Notes: generated by a model not told the origin, from the sequence alone. Counted from the whole stretch's first letter, positions 37,914 to 48,750 are shown. The stretch: 63,574 bases of DNA, filler included, from Methanobacteriota archaeon (GCA_024860865.1; 6 parts of 6 records of this genome joined end to end with filler, not necessarily neighbours in it); one strand, 5' to 3'. Numbers and translations: made by a program.

Positions 37914-39722
37914 ATGATTCGTCAACTTATAGTGGCAGTGCTCGGTCATGTCGATCACGGAACGCGTTAAAGCTATAGCTTAACGCCCGGTAAGACAAGT
38001 TTACTCGACAAGATCAGAGGCACAGCGGTTGCTGAAAGAGAGGCGGGTGCAATAACCCAGCATATAGGAGCAACAGAAATTCCAATTGAAGTTATCAAAA
38101 AAATTTGTGGTCCATTTATCGAACAGCTTAAAGCAAAGATAACAATACCAGGTCTACTCTTCATAGATACTCCGGGTCATCGAGCTTTTACAAATTTAAG
38201 AAGGAGAGGTGGTGCGTTAGCGGATTTAGCGATTTTAGTCGTTGATGTCACTGCTGGCTTTCAGCCTCAAACGATTGAAGCGATTAGCATTCTTAAGAGA
38301 TACAAAACGCCGTTCATTATCGCTGCTAATAAAATTGATTTGATTTACAAATGGCGTATCTTTGAAACGACTTCTTTTCTTGAAAGCTTTAAAAAACAAG
38401 AATTAGAAGTGCAAGGGTATCTTGAAAAGAAAATCTATGAGATGGTTGGAAAACTTTACGAGCAAGGTTTTAATTCAGAGCGCTTTGACCGAGTAAAGGA
38501 TTTCACTAAACAGTTAGCAATTGTGCCGGTTAGTGCCAAAACGGGAGAGGGTATACCTGAACTTTTAATGATGCTCACCGGCTTAGCTCAACAATTCCTT
38601 GAGCAACAGCTCAAGATTGAGGTTACTGGGCCTGGAAAAGCCACAGTGCTTGAAGTCAAAGAAGAAGTTGGCCTAGGAAAAACCATCGATACAATTCTCT
38701 ATGATGGTACTATTAGAAAGGGAGAAACAATTGTAATTGGTGGACTAAAAGAACCTATCGAAACAAAAGTCCGGTCAATTCTAAAACCTCAACCATTAGA
38801 CGAAATTCGAGATCCGCGATTTAAATTTAAATCAGTTAATGAAGTTCAAGCTGCAGCAGGTATTAAAATTTCAGCTCCGAATTTAGATAATGCAATTGCA
38901 GGAGCTCCATTAAGGATTGTTAGAGAAGAAAGTGAGATTGAAAAATTAAAGGAAGAAGTTCAAAAGGAAATAGAAGAAGTAAGAATTGAAACGGACATAA
39001 CCGGAATTATTTTAAAGGCTGATGCTATTGGTTCGCTTGAGGCGTTAGTCAATGAACTCAAGGGATTAAATATCCCAATTAGAATTGCAGATGTTGGGGA
39101 TGTTTCAAAGCGAGATATAGTTGAAGCTCATACTGTTAAAGAGACTGACCCTATTAAGGGAATAGTTCTTGCATTCAATGTTAAAATTTTGCCTGATGCA
39201 AAGGTTGAGGCAGAGAGATTAGGCGTTCTAGTTTTAGCTGGAGATATAATTTATAAGTTAATTGAGGATTATCAAAAGTGGGCTGAAGAGACTAGAAAAG
39301 AAATGATCAGAAAACAACTCGAGGCTATTGTAAGACCTGCGAAAATTAAGCTATTGCCTGGCTTTGTTTTTCACGTGAGCAAACCTGCCATAGTAGGGGT
39401 TGAAGTTTTAGCCGGTGCGATAAAACCCGAGTATAAACTAATCAAAAAAGATGGCTATTTAGTGGGCGAATTAAAGAGTATTCAGGATAAGGGGCAATCG
39501 CTGAAAGAGGCATCGATTGGGCAGAAAATAGCTATTTCAATAGAAGGACCAACCGTTGGGCGACAAATCAAAGAAGGGGATGTTCTTTATACCGATATTC
39601 CGCCTCGACAAATTGATTTGATTGAGGAAAAACTGAAAGATGTTTTAACGGCTGAAGAAATTCAAACTTTGCAGGAAATTAAACAAATTAAAGAGAAATT
39701 AGCAGCTGAGGCAAAGAAATAG
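37914..39722 (+). CDS. infB: Translation initiation factor aIF5B/IF2, join(37914..37962,37993..39722), 592 aa after removing a 30-nt insert
   Basis: RBS GAGGAG; MIRQLIVAVLGHVDHG[insert]KTSLLDKIRGT...EAGAITQHIGA, DTPGH, ANKID, VSAKTGEG; no other stop in frame. Confidence 0.93.
37963..37992 (+). other. Putative bulge-helix-bulge mRNA intron (30 nt) in the aIF5B P-loop
   Basis: CGCGTTAAAGCTATAGCTTAACGCCCGGTA; in-frame TAA at 37968-37970; stem GCGTTAA/TTAACGC; central helix ACGG/CCGG; bulges AA^C and TA^A. Confidence 0.85.
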
Positions 39723-39726
39723 TTAA

Positions 39727-40641
39727 ATGGGTCTTAGATTGAGAATCGTACCAGTTGCTTTTGACTCGTTTGGCACAAGAAGTATGTCCACTTTTGTCGA
39801 GACTAAAGATTGCAAAATAATGATTGATCCAGGAGTTTCTTTAGCACCACTACGTTATAAGCTCGAACCTCATCCAATAGAATTTCAAAGAATGGATGAG
39901 CATTGGAATGAAATTAAAAAATTTGCAAATAAAGCAGATGTTCTAATTGTAACTCACTACCACTACGATCATCATGATCCAAACGAGCCAGAAGTATACA
40001 AAGACAAAATCACTTTTTTAAAGCACCCTACAGAAAAAATTAATCTCAGCCAAAAAGGAAGAGCAGCTTATTTTCTTGAACAAATAAAAGGATTGCCAAA
40101 AAAATTGGAATATTCTGATGGGAAAGAATTTTCCTTTGGTAATACAAAAATAAAGTTTTCTCAGCCAGTTTATCATGGGACTAACCCGCGTTTGGGATTT
40201 GTTGTTGAAGTCTTGGTAGATGATGGGAATTACAAGTTTATTCATACTTCTGATATCGAAGGTCCCAGCATTAAAGATCAAGCTGATTTCATTTTACAGA
40301 ACAAACCTAACCTTGTCATACTTGATGGCCCTTTAGGTTACATGCTTGGTTATCGCTATAGCTATACAAGTTTGAATATTTCCGTAGAGAACATGGTAAA
40401 AATTATTCAAAGCTGTCCGCTAGAAGCATTGGTGGTGGACCATCACTTTCTTAGAGATTTAAAATGGAAAGAAAGAATTGCTAAAGTTTTTGAAGCGGCA
40501 AATAAAAAGAAGGTCAAGGTTCTGACAGCCGCCGAATTTGCAAATAAACCAATAGAGATGCTAGAGGCCCATAGGAAAGAGTTATATCAAGAATATCCAG
40601 AGATGGAAATGCCGAAAACAAGAAAGATTGTTGAGGAATGA
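39727..40641 (+). CDS. Metallo-beta-lactamase-fold hydrolase (UPF0282-like)
   Basis: DSFGTRSM.T.VE, IDPGVSLAP.RY, THYHYDHH, VVDHHFLRD. Confidence 0.88.
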   Translation: MGLRLRIVPVAFDSFGTRSMSTFVETKDCKIMIDPGVSLAPLRYKLEPHPIEFQRMDEHWNEIKKFANKADVLIVTHYHYDHHDPNEPEVYKDKITFLKHPTEKINLSQKGRAAYFLEQIKGLPKKLEYSDGKEFSFGNTKIKFSQPVYHGTNPRLGFVVEVLVDDGNYKFIHTSDIEGPSIKDQADFILQNKPNLVILDGPLGYMLGYRYSYTSLNISVENMVKIIQSCPLEALVVDHHFLRDLKWKERIAKVFEAANKKKVKVLTAAEFANKPIEMLEAHRKELYQEYPEMEMPKTRKIVEE

Positions 40642-40707
40642 ACTAAAGTTAGGGAAATTTTAAAATAATCGGTACAATATGGTGATAGATACCTAAGAGG
40701 AAAAATA

Positions 40708-41115
40708 ATGCCAGCATTTAAAGTGGTGATTTCAGATCCAACTACTGGAAAAGCATATCAAACAGAGCTTAGCGGACCTAGTGCGACTAGGCTAGTTGGA
40801 GCGAAAGTCGGAGAGACGATTGATGGGAAAGCATTAGGGCTTGCTGGTTACAAACTCCAAGTCACTGGCGGAACCGATAAAGATGGTTTTCCAATAAGAC
40901 CAGACATCCATGGATCCGGCAGACCCAGTGTTGTTTTATCTAAACCACCGACCTTCTACCCAAGTAAGAAAGGCATGCGCAAGCGAAAGACCGTTCGAGG
41001 AAATATAATATCAGAGGAAATCGTACAAGTAAACATTAAGGTCCTTGAAAAAGGGGAAAAGGCATTAGAAGAATTATTTGGGAAAAAGGAAGAGCAGAAG
41101 AGCAAAGGAAAATAA
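40708..41115 (+). CDS. rps6e: 30S ribosomal protein S6e
   Basis: FKVVISDP, TGGTDKDGFP.RPD, GMRKRKTVRGN. Confidence 0.97.
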   Translation: MPAFKVVISDPTTGKAYQTELSGPSATRLVGAKVGETIDGKALGLAGYKLQVTGGTDKDGFPIRPDIHGSGRPSVVLSKPPTFYPSKKGMRKRKTVRGNIISEEIVQVNIKVLEKGEKALEELFGKKEEQKSKGK

Positions 41116-41141
41116 TCTCATTAAACCGTTTTTTCGCATGT

Positions 41142-42329
41142 TCAAGATCCCTTGTTTTTCAGCAAAATAATAAGAAGAATAGTTGATAGAAAAGCAAGAG
41201 TGGCTCCATAAAGAAATGTGGCTGTTGCGCCAAAAGATTGCCATAAAACTCCGGCAACTATGCTTGCCGGTAAGGCTGCCATTCCAACAGCAGCATGAAA
41301 TGTTCCAAGCGCTGTCGCTCTTAACTCTGCTATAGTTAAATCTGAAACAAGTGCACGTTGAACTGTTTCTGTGATTGCATTAAATATACCATATAAAGCA
41401 AACATTACAATTACTAAAATAGATGAGGTTGCGACTGCAAATCCGAGGCACATTATTCCGAAAGTTGTATAGCCAAGAGCAATAACAGGCTTTCTACCAA
41501 TTTTATCAGATAAAATACCTGCTGGAATTGAAAAGAGCGCGTAAACTGTGTTAAATAGCAAGTACAATAGTGGGATCAGTTCTGGAGTAATGCCTACATC
41601 CTGTGCACGCAAAATGATGAAAGCATAGCTAAAATTACCCAATGCAAATAACGCTGCAAGAATAACAAAAATTTTGAATTCTTTGCTCAGTGATTTAAAA
41701 CTAAACTTTATAGGCTGTGGATTATTCTTTCGTATAGGTCTTTCTCTTTCTTTCACAAAGGCAAGAATAAGAAAAACAGCTATTACTCCCGGAATAGTGG
41801 CCAACAAAAATATGTTCCTATAGCCAAAGAGCGGAAACAATAAAAAGGCAATCGAAGGCCCTATCATCGCACCAAGCGTATCCATAGATCTATGAAAACC
41901 AAATGCTTTTCCGCGCACTTTTTCATCAGTTGAGTCAGCAATCATAGCATCTCTTGGTGAAGTTCTAATCCCTTTACCAACTCTATCAGCAAACCTAACT
42001 GCTAAAACATGAAACCAAGAAGTAGCTAATGCAAGAAATGGCTTTACAAAAGTTGAAACTCCATAACCAGAAAAAATAATAGGTTTTCTTTTTCCAATTT
42101 TATCTGAAAACCAACCAGAAAATACTTTCAAGATACTTGCTGTGCTCTCTGCAATCCCTTCTATTAACCCGACAATTGATTTCTCTGCAGCTAAAACATT
42201 CACTAAAAATAAAGGCAAGAGAGGGAAAATCATTTCACTGCTTGTGTCCGTTAGAAGACTTGCTATCCCTAAGACTATTACATTCCGTGTGATTCCACTT
42301 AACAAACCTATTTTAGCTGGTTTTTCCAT
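41142..42329 (-). CDS. MFS transporter
   Basis: About 12 TM helices; SDKIGKRK and SDKIGRK motifs; DRVGKGIRTSPRDA. Confidence 0.92.
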   Translation of the reverse strand: MEKPAKIGLLSGITRNVIVLGIASLLTDTSSEMIFPLLPLFLVNVLAAEKSIVGLIEGIAESTASILKVFSGWFSDKIGKRKPIIFSGYGVSTFVKPFLALATSWFHVLAVRFADRVGKGIRTSPRDAMIADSTDEKVRGKAFGFHRSMDTLGAMIGPSIAFLLFPLFGYRNIFLLATIPGVIAVFLILAFVKERERPIRKNNPQPIKFSFKSLSKEFKIFVILAALFALGNFSYAFIILRAQDVGITPELIPLLYLLFNTVYALFSIPAGILSDKIGRKPVIALGYTTFGIMCLGFAVATSSILVIVMFALYGIFNAITETVQRALVSDLTIAELRATALGTFHAAVGMAALPASIVAGVLWQSFGATATFLYGATLAFLSTILLIILLKNKGS

Positions 42330-42471
42330 GTTTTTTTCGCCTGGAAGTTTTTATAAGGTTTAACAAATAACTACAAATATTAGGCTATCTCGAAATGAGA
42401 TTTTCACGGATAAAATAAGCTCCATTTCTACTAAAAGAGCTTTATATACCATTTTCTGGAGGAGCATAAAA

Positions 42472-43695
42472 ATGAAACAAGCAGAAGTCAACGTCGGAAC
42501 CGCGGGCCACATAGACCATGGAAAGACGACGCTTGTAAAGAGCCTAACTGGCGTATGGACGGACAAACATTCTGAAGAAATTAAGCGCGGCATTACGATT
42601 AAGCTAGGTTACGCTGACATGGAAGTCAAAAAGTGCCCAAAGCATGAGCCTCCTGAAGCATATTCTACCGAAAAAAATTGTCCTATATGCAGGTCAAAAA
42701 CTGAAAGCATTAGAACAATTTCCTTTGTTGATGCTCCCGGTCATGAAATGCTGATGGCAACAATGTTGTCTGGTGCTGCAATAATGGATGGAGCAATTTT
42801 GGTCATTGCTACAAATGAGGAATGCCCTCAACCCCAAACTAAGGAGCATTTGATGGCCCTAGAGATAATTGGAATAAAAAAGGTAATTATCGCTCAAACG
42901 AAAATTGACTTAGTTTCTGGAGAAAATTTGTCAAGAAATTACGAACAAATTAAAAAGTTTATCAAAGGAACATGCGCTGAAAATGCTCCGATTATCCCAG
43001 TTTGCGCGCATACTAAAGCGAATATTGATGTTTTAATCAATGCAATCCAAGATTTTATTCCAACACCTAAACGCGATTTAGAAAAGCCTCCGAAAATGTA
43101 CATTGCAAGGTCATTTGATGTAAATTTGCCTGGTGCACATCCTGAAAAATTATGCGGAGGAGTAGTTGGGGGTTCATTGATTCAAGGAAAATTCAAAGTT
43201 GGAGAAGAAATTGAGATAAGACCAGGTCAAAAGATTGAGCACGGCGGTAAAACTTTCTGGCAACCGATAACCACAACTATCGTTTCATTGCATGCTGGTG
43301 GCAAACAAGTCGAAGAAGTTGGTCCTGGAGGGCTCATTGGAATTGGGACAAAGCTTGATCCTTCTATGACAAAGGCTGATGCATTGGTAGGAGGTGTAGT
43401 TGGGAAGCCCGGTCAATTGCCGCCAACTAGGGAAAGCTTGACCCTTGAAACGCATTTATTAGAAAGGGTTGTTGGATTGCTTGAAGAAACGATGGTTGAG
43501 CCAATTAAAGCTGGTGAGCAATTGATGCTAAATGTTGGCACAGCCACAACTGTTGGAGACGTTACCAATGCTAAAAAAGATGAAATTATAATTAAACTGA
43601 AAATACCTGTTTGCGCTGAGAGCAAGGATCGAGTTGCAATTAGCAGGCGGATAAAAGCTCGTTGGCGGCTGATCGGCTACGGCATAATAAAATAA
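42472..43695 (+). CDS. eif2g: Translation initiation factor 2 gamma subunit
   Basis: [46 protein letters not shown]. Confidence 0.98.
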   Translation: MKQAEVNVGTAGHIDHGKTTLVKSLTGVWTDKHSEEIKRGITIKLGYADMEVKKCPKHEPPEAYSTEKNCPICRSKTESIRTISFVDAPGHEMLMATMLSGAAIMDGAILVIATNEECPQPQTKEHLMALEIIGIKKVIIAQTKIDLVSGENLSRNYEQIKKFIKGTCAENAPIIPVCAHTKANIDVLINAIQDFIPTPKRDLEKPPKMYIARSFDVNLPGAHPEKLCGGVVGGSLIQGKFKVGEEIEIRPGQKIEHGGKTFWQPITTTIVSLHAGGKQVEEVGPGGLIGIGTKLDPSMTKADALVGGVVGKPGQLPPTRESLTLETHLLERVVGLLEETMVEPIKAGEQLMLNVGTATTVGDVTNAKKDEIIIKLKIPVCAESKDRVAISRRIKARWRLIGYGIIK

Positions 43696-43910
43696 ACTTG
43701 ATTTTTTAGAAATATTTAGGACAGCAAATAAGAAAAATTTAGGCAATTTGTAAAGCAGATTTGATACGAATTTTGAAAAATTTAAATCCAATTTTTGAAC
43801 GTTTGGCTATCACTATCGATTTGCCTTAAAAAAGTAAAGAAAGAAATAAAATCTCCGCGTATTGAATACAAAATTAAAATCATTAAATAATAATACACGA
43901 ACTGAAATAT

Positions 43911-44525
43911 GTGACCTCTATGATAGAAAGAATTTTAGATTTTTTATCGACTGATCAGGGGCGAATATCTGCTATTATATTTTTTATATCTTTTATAATT
44001 CCAGCAATAGCAATACTGTCTTTAATTAGTAGCAGTTTAAAATCGTTTTTTACAGGAGTTAATCCTAAAGTAGAGATGCAGCTAAAATTACTTGAAGATA
44101 CAGATAGAGAATTATCTCAGCGAATAACAGGTTTAAAATCAACTATGCTAGAACAAATCCAAAAACTTGAAGTTGCAGTGCAAGAGACCTCTAAGCGCTT
44201 AGATGGCGAATTATCTAGACAAGTCGGCGAATTATCTAGACAAGTCTCGGAGGTAAATAAAAAGCTTTCAGACGAAGTCAAAAAATTAGAGGATGTTGAT
44301 AAGTCAATATCACATTCAAATAGAGAAATTAGAGATTTGTTGCTCAGCATATTCACTTATCCATGTCCTAAGTGCACATATCCGATTCAAATATCGACAC
44401 CTCGTATAATGGTAAAGGATATTCATGAAGATGATGGCCGACCTATTAGAAAGTTAAAGACTAGAAAAGAATCAAAAGTTATTTGCGAACAGTGTAAGGG
44501 AACGTGGCATATAGTATATCCATAA
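43911..44525 (+). CDS. Hypothetical protein: TM helix, coiled coil, C-terminal Zn ribbon
   Basis: Hydrophobic residues ~20-42; heptad repeats; CPKC...CEQC. Confidence 0.65.
   Translation: MTSMIERILDFLSTDQGRISAIIFFISFIIPAIAILSLISSSLKSFFTGVNPKVEMQLKLLEDTDRELSQRITGLKSTMLEQIQKLEVAVQETSKRLDGELSRQVGELSRQVSEVNKKLSDEVKKLEDVDKSISHSNREIRDLLLSIFTYPCPKCTYPIQISTPRIMVKDIHEDDGRPIRKLKTRKESKVICEQCKGTWHIVYP
44205..44246 (+). repeat. Exact 21-nt tandem duplication (GELSRQV x2)
   Basis: GGCGAATTATCTAGACAAGTC twice. Confidence 0.9.
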
Positions 44526-44744
44526 AATTTTAGTTCAAAATTCTACATAGTTTTTTTAATCTATATTTTAATGGCAAACTAGTTTCAAGTGTTAGCAATG
44601 ATTTATAAGAAAAACTTAGAACAAGAATTCGGTTATTTGTACTGCCGATAGTGTACTAAAAAAATGCGGTAACTATGTTTGCCTATAATTTACTTACAGG
44701 CTGGATCGCATTTGGCATTAGAAGGCTGTGTGAAGGGGTAGATA

Positions 44745-45287
44745 ATGGTCAATCTTTGGAAGGATATACCAACCGGACCAAAAGGCGAGGTTCCAAACGT
44801 AATTTATGCTGTGATAGAGATTCCTAAAGGCAGTAGAAATAAATATGAGTATAACATAGAGGACGGGTACTTTGTCCTTGACCGGGTGCTTCAATCGCCA
44901 TTCCATTATGTCGCTGATTACGGAATAATTCCTCAAACTTGGTGGCCAGATGGAGATGCGCTAGATATTCTAGTGATGACAGAGCAACCAACTTTTCCAG
45001 GTTGTATAAGCGAGGTCAGACCAATTGGGCTCATAAATCTAATAGATGAGAATAAACGAGATGATAAGATATTGTCAGCTCTGAGATATGACCCCAGATT
45101 TGATGAGGTTAAAGATATTAAAGATGTCCCACAGCATTTGTTAAAAGAAATTGCTCATTTCTTTAGCCAATATAAAGTTTTAGAGGGCAAAAAAGTGGAA
45201 GTCTTAGGTTGGGATAGCGCGGCTGCTGCTAAAAAAACAATATTAGATGGAATCAAATTTTTTAAAGAAAAATTTGGATTAGAGTAA
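44745..45287 (+). CDS. ppa: Soluble inorganic pyrophosphatase (family I)
   Basis: IEIPKGSRNKYE, LDRVL, YG.IPQT, DGDALD, DDKI. Confidence 0.96.
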   Translation: MVNLWKDIPTGPKGEVPNVIYAVIEIPKGSRNKYEYNIEDGYFVLDRVLQSPFHYVADYGIIPQTWWPDGDALDILVMTEQPTFPGCISEVRPIGLINLIDENKRDDKILSALRYDPRFDEVKDIKDVPQHLLKEIAHFFSQYKVLEGKKVEVLGWDSAAAAKKTILDGIKFFKEKFGLE

Positions 45288-45309
45288 AGCAATTTCTTGA
45301 GGATGACTT

Positions 45310-47283
45310 ATGTATTCAACTATTATTGCACCAATCTCGTCAGCAATAGCCTTGGCGGTGGTAGGTCTACTAGCATACCTTATCTTAAAAGAAGAAAATG
45401 CAAACCCAAAAATGGTTGAGATAGCTAACGCAGTAAAAGAGGGAGCGATGGCCTATTTGATAAGACAATACAAGACGCTAGTGGTGATAATGTTGATTAT
45501 TGCAGCTGTACTAACAGCAACAGTAGGCTATTCAGTAGCTTTGGCATTTACATTCGGAGCAACCCTATCAGGCATAACAGGCTACATAGGAATGAAAATA
45601 GCAGTAGAATCAAACTCGAGAACAGCCTATGCAGCATCCACAAAAGGACTGGGCAAGGCATTAACAATAGCATTTAGAGGAGGGGCTGTGATGGGCTTAG
45701 GAGTAGTGGGAGTAGGGTTAGCGGGAATAGTCATAGCATCCTACTTTTATGGATTAAACCCAGAAACAGTAACGGATATATTAGGATTCAGCTTTGGGGC
45801 AAGCACAATAGCACTATTCATGAGAGTAGGAGGGGGAATATACACAAAAGCAGCAGATGTTGGAGCAGATTTAGTAGGAAAAGTAGAGGCAGGAATACCT
45901 GAAGATGATCCACGCAACGCAGCAGTAATAGCGGATAATGTAGGCGATAATGTAGGTGATTGTGCTGGTGTAGGAGCAGACTTATTCGAATCATATGTAG
46001 GAAGCATAATCGCAACGATGGTCCTTGGCATTGTAAAATTTGGAAAGCCTGGAGCAATCTTGCCCATGGCAGTGGCTGGAGTAGGCATTTTAGCTTCGAT
46101 AATGGGAGTGTTCATGATAAGGTCAAGTTCGAAAGACCCTGGCAAAACAATGAACTTAGCTACAGCAATAGTTTTTGTAGTTATTCTAGTAGCAATGTAT
46201 CCATTAGCAGTAGGTATGCTACCAGATGGATTTTCAATTTATCTTGCATTGCTATCAGGACTCTTAACGGGTGTAGTAATAGGTGTAACAACAAGTTACT
46301 TCACAACAGGAAGCTATAAGCCAACACTAGCAGTAGCAGAAGCAGCGAAGAGCGGAGCAGGCATAAACATAATTATGGGATTCAGTATGGGATTGTTAAG
46401 CACAGTGATTCCCGTCATTGCAATCGGCATAGCAGTGCTAGTATCATACTTTACAGCAGGAATCTACGGAGTAGCGATATCGGCGGTAGGAATGCTCTCA
46501 GTAACAGGAATGATTTTAGCAGCAGACTCTTATGGACCAATAAGCGACAATGCAGGAGGCATAGCAGAAATGAGCGGAGCGGGTGAAGAAATTCGAAAAA
46601 TCACAGACACCTTAGATGCATTAGGAAACACAACAAAGGCAATCTCGAAAGGATTTGCAATAGGATCAGCAGCATTAACAGCACTAGCATTATTCGCAAC
46701 ATATACTGAGGTGGCAAAAGTTCAAATGTTGGACTTGCTTAATCCAAAGGTCATTGCAGGGGTATTCATAGGAGCAGCAATAGTAGCATTCTTTATAGCA
46801 ATCACGCTAAGAGCAGTAGGAAAAAATGCATTCCTAATAGTCGAAGAAGTGAGGAGACAATTTAGGGAGATACCTGGAATAATGGAGTTCAAAGCAAAAC
46901 CAGACTATGCGAAATGCGTAGACATTACAACAACAGGGGCGCTGAGATCACTAATACTCCCAGGAGTAGTGGCAATAATCACGCCACCGCTCGTAGGCTT
47001 GGTAATGGGCAAAGAAGCAGCAGGTGGCTTATTAGTAGGGGCAATCACAGTAGGACTAATATTTGGATTACTGATGGCTAATGCTGGTGCCACCTGGGAT
47101 AATGCTAAGAAACTAATCGAGCAAAAAGGACTATATGGTGGAAAGAGAAGCACAGCACACCAAGCAGCAGTCGTAGGAGATACAACAGGAGATCCATTTA
47201 AAGATACATCAGGGCCATCGCTAAATATACTTATCAAGCTGATGTCTATTGTCGCTGTAGTTTTTGCTCCTCTGTTTATTTAG
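45310..47283 (+). CDS. hppA: Membrane-bound H+-translocating pyrophosphatase, predicted K+-independent
   Basis: [35 protein letters not shown] (Lys at the K+-dependence site), [10 protein letters not shown]. Confidence 0.93.
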   Translation: MYSTIIAPISSAIALAVVGLLAYLILKEENANPKMVEIANAVKEGAMAYLIRQYKTLVVIMLIIAAVLTATVGYSVALAFTFGATLSGITGYIGMKIAVESNSRTAYAASTKGLGKALTIAFRGGAVMGLGVVGVGLAGIVIASYFYGLNPETVTDILGFSFGASTIALFMRVGGGIYTKAADVGADLVGKVEAGIPEDDPRNAAVIADNVGDNVGDCAGVGADLFESYVGSIIATMVLGIVKFGKPGAILPMAVAGVGILASIMGVFMIRSSSKDPGKTMNLATAIVFVVILVAMYPLAVGMLPDGFSIYLALLSGLLTGVVIGVTTSYFTTGSYKPTLAVAEAAKSGAGINIIMGFSMGLLSTVIPVIAIGIAVLVSYFTAGIYGVAISAVGMLSVTGMILAADSYGPISDNAGGIAEMSGAGEEIRKITDTLDALGNTTKAISKGFAIGSAALTALALFATYTEVAKVQMLDLLNPKVIAGVFIGAAIVAFFIAITLRAVGKNAFLIVEEVRRQFREIPGIMEFKAKPDYAKCVDITTTGALRSLILPGVVAIITPPLVGLVMGKEAAGGLLVGAITVGLIFGLLMANAGATWDNAKKLIEQKGLYGGKRSTAHQAAVVGDTTGDPFKDTSGPSLNILIKLMSIVAVVFAPLFI

Positions 47284-47306
47284 AAAAGCAGGAGGAGGAG
47301 GAGTTT

Positions 47307-47921
47307 TTGTATAAATCAGTTGTATTGAAGGATGTAATTCGAGTTCCGCCTGATAAATTTTCGAAAGATTTACAAAAAGTAGTTAGAGAAATTTTGTGCG
47401 AGAAATATGAAGGAATTCTCGATAAAGATCTTGGAATGTTTTTAGCAATAACTGATGTAAAAGAAGTTGGAGTTGGAAAATTAATTCCTGGAGATGGAGC
47501 CGCCTACCACGAAGCTACATTTGAAGCTTTGATGTTTAAGCCAGAGATGCAGGAAGTGCTTGATGGTGAGGTAATAGAAATAGTTGAGTTTGGGGCTTTT
47601 GTGCGTTTAGGTCCACTTGATGGATTGATACATGTTTCACAAATTACTGATGATTTCATATCTTATGATGCGAACCGCGGTGCTTTAATCGGCAAAGAAA
47701 CGAAAAGAGTGTTACAAAATGGAGATCGAGTAAGAGCTCGCGTTGTGGCCATTAGTTTGGATGAGGAAAAAATACGCGAGAGCAAAATTGGCTTAACTAT
47801 GCGCCAAGCCGGTTTAGGAGCTATTAAATGGCTGGAAGAAGAGTATGGAAAAGTAACTGAAGAGAAAGAAGAAGTCAAGAAACCAAGGCGCGAAAAGAGG
47901 GAGAAAGCAGAAAAAGAGTGA
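47307..47921 (+). CDS. rpo7: RNA polymerase subunit Rpo7 (RpoE')
   Basis: VRVPP, GDGAAYH, S1 domain FGAFVRLGPLDGLIHVSQI, GLTMRQ.GLG. Confidence 0.96.
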   Translation: MYKSVVLKDVIRVPPDKFSKDLQKVVREILCEKYEGILDKDLGMFLAITDVKEVGVGKLIPGDGAAYHEATFEALMFKPEMQEVLDGEVIEIVEFGAFVRLGPLDGLIHVSQITDDFISYDANRGALIGKETKRVLQNGDRVRARVVAISLDEEKIRESKIGLTMRQAGLGAIKWLEEEYGKVTEEKEEVKKPRREKREKAEKE

Positions 47922-47925
47922 GAAA

Positions 47926-48117
47926 ATGGCGCAAAAAGAAAAAGCATGTAGAAACTGCAGGCGAATCATAAAAGGCGATGTTTGCCCGATCTGTAAGTCT
48001 ACAACATTGACCGACGATTGGAGTGGCTATCTGATAATAGTTGACCCAAATACATCTGAGATTGCAAAAACAATGAGAATCAATGTTCCTGGCAAGTATG
48101 CTCTTCGTGTTAGGTAA
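47926..48117 (+). CDS. spt4: Transcription elongation factor Spt4 (RpoE'')
   Basis: ACRNC...CPIC, W.G.LII.DP..SEIA, PGKYALRVR. Confidence 0.96.
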   Translation: MAQKEKACRNCRRIIKGDVCPICKSTTLTDDWSGYLIIVDPNTSEIAKTMRINVPGKYALRVR

Positions 48118-48156
48118 ATATTTATGTTACAATTTATGCTCTGAGGGCACCTAATT

Positions 48157-48699
48157 TTGATAGAGAAAAATTTAAAGCTACCAGACCATCTTAGGCCTGA
48201 ACTTAAAAAACCATTTGGTTTGCTTTTAACCGGTTCTCAAACCAAAATCATAAATGAACTTCAATCTTTAATTCAAAAGATCAATCCTCCTAAAATTATT
48301 GCAGTTGGTGACGTTACTGCTCTTACCCTTTATTTTGCAAAAATGCAACCGAATCTTTCGATTATAGATGAAAAAGTTGAAAGATTTGAGTTGGAAGAGC
48401 CAGTAAAGAAAATGCTTGAAGAAATTCCAGCAAAAAAAATTGAAATAGAGAATCCTGCAGGGCAGGTGACAGTAGCTTTATGGAAAGCAATTGAGAGCGC
48501 ATTAAAAGAGAATGAGCCAATTAAAGTTTTAGTTAAAGGTGAAGAAGATTTAGCAACTATCCCAGCAGTTATTCTTGCTTCAGAACGTTCGATTATAATC
48601 TACGGTCAACCAGAGAAAGGAGTAGTTGTTATAGAAGCAAATGCTGATAAAAAGAAAGCTGCAGAGGCAATATTAAATCAAATGCTGCCGGTTGAGTGA
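48157..48699 (+). CDS. GTP-dependent dephospho-CoA kinase (DUF359)
   Basis: LRPELKKPFG, VGDVT, NPAG, GEEDL, YGQP..GVV. Confidence 0.9.
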   Translation: MIEKNLKLPDHLRPELKKPFGLLLTGSQTKIINELQSLIQKINPPKIIAVGDVTALTLYFAKMQPNLSIIDEKVERFELEEPVKKMLEEIPAKKIEIENPAGQVTVALWKAIESALKENEPIKVLVKGEEDLATIPAVILASERSIIIYGQPEKGVVVIEANADKKKAAEAILNQMLPVE

Positions 48700-48750
48700 A
48701 AAAGTTTATAAAATGTGTTTGAAGTAGTAATTCCCTAATTCGTGATCAAT

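Noticed and set aside
37961-37992. Insert read as stop read-through, Sec/Pyl recoding, a mini-intein or a group I/II intron
   Set aside because: The stop is TAA; ten extra residues would break the P-loop; it is far too short for an intein or self-splicing intron. The CGG repeat allows other 30-nt excisions, but only the BHB register follows a known mechanism
38340-39722. ORF-track 460-aa IF2 starting at TTG 38340, or infB as a pseudogene
   Set aside because: It would lack G1-G4 of the GTPase; the upstream region is intact and in frame apart from the 30-nt structured insert
45747-47237. Antisense and alternate-frame ORFs over hppA, and similar ones over mcm, ftsY, thiC and others
   Set aside because: Shadow ORFs of well-supported genes, with no motifs or RBS
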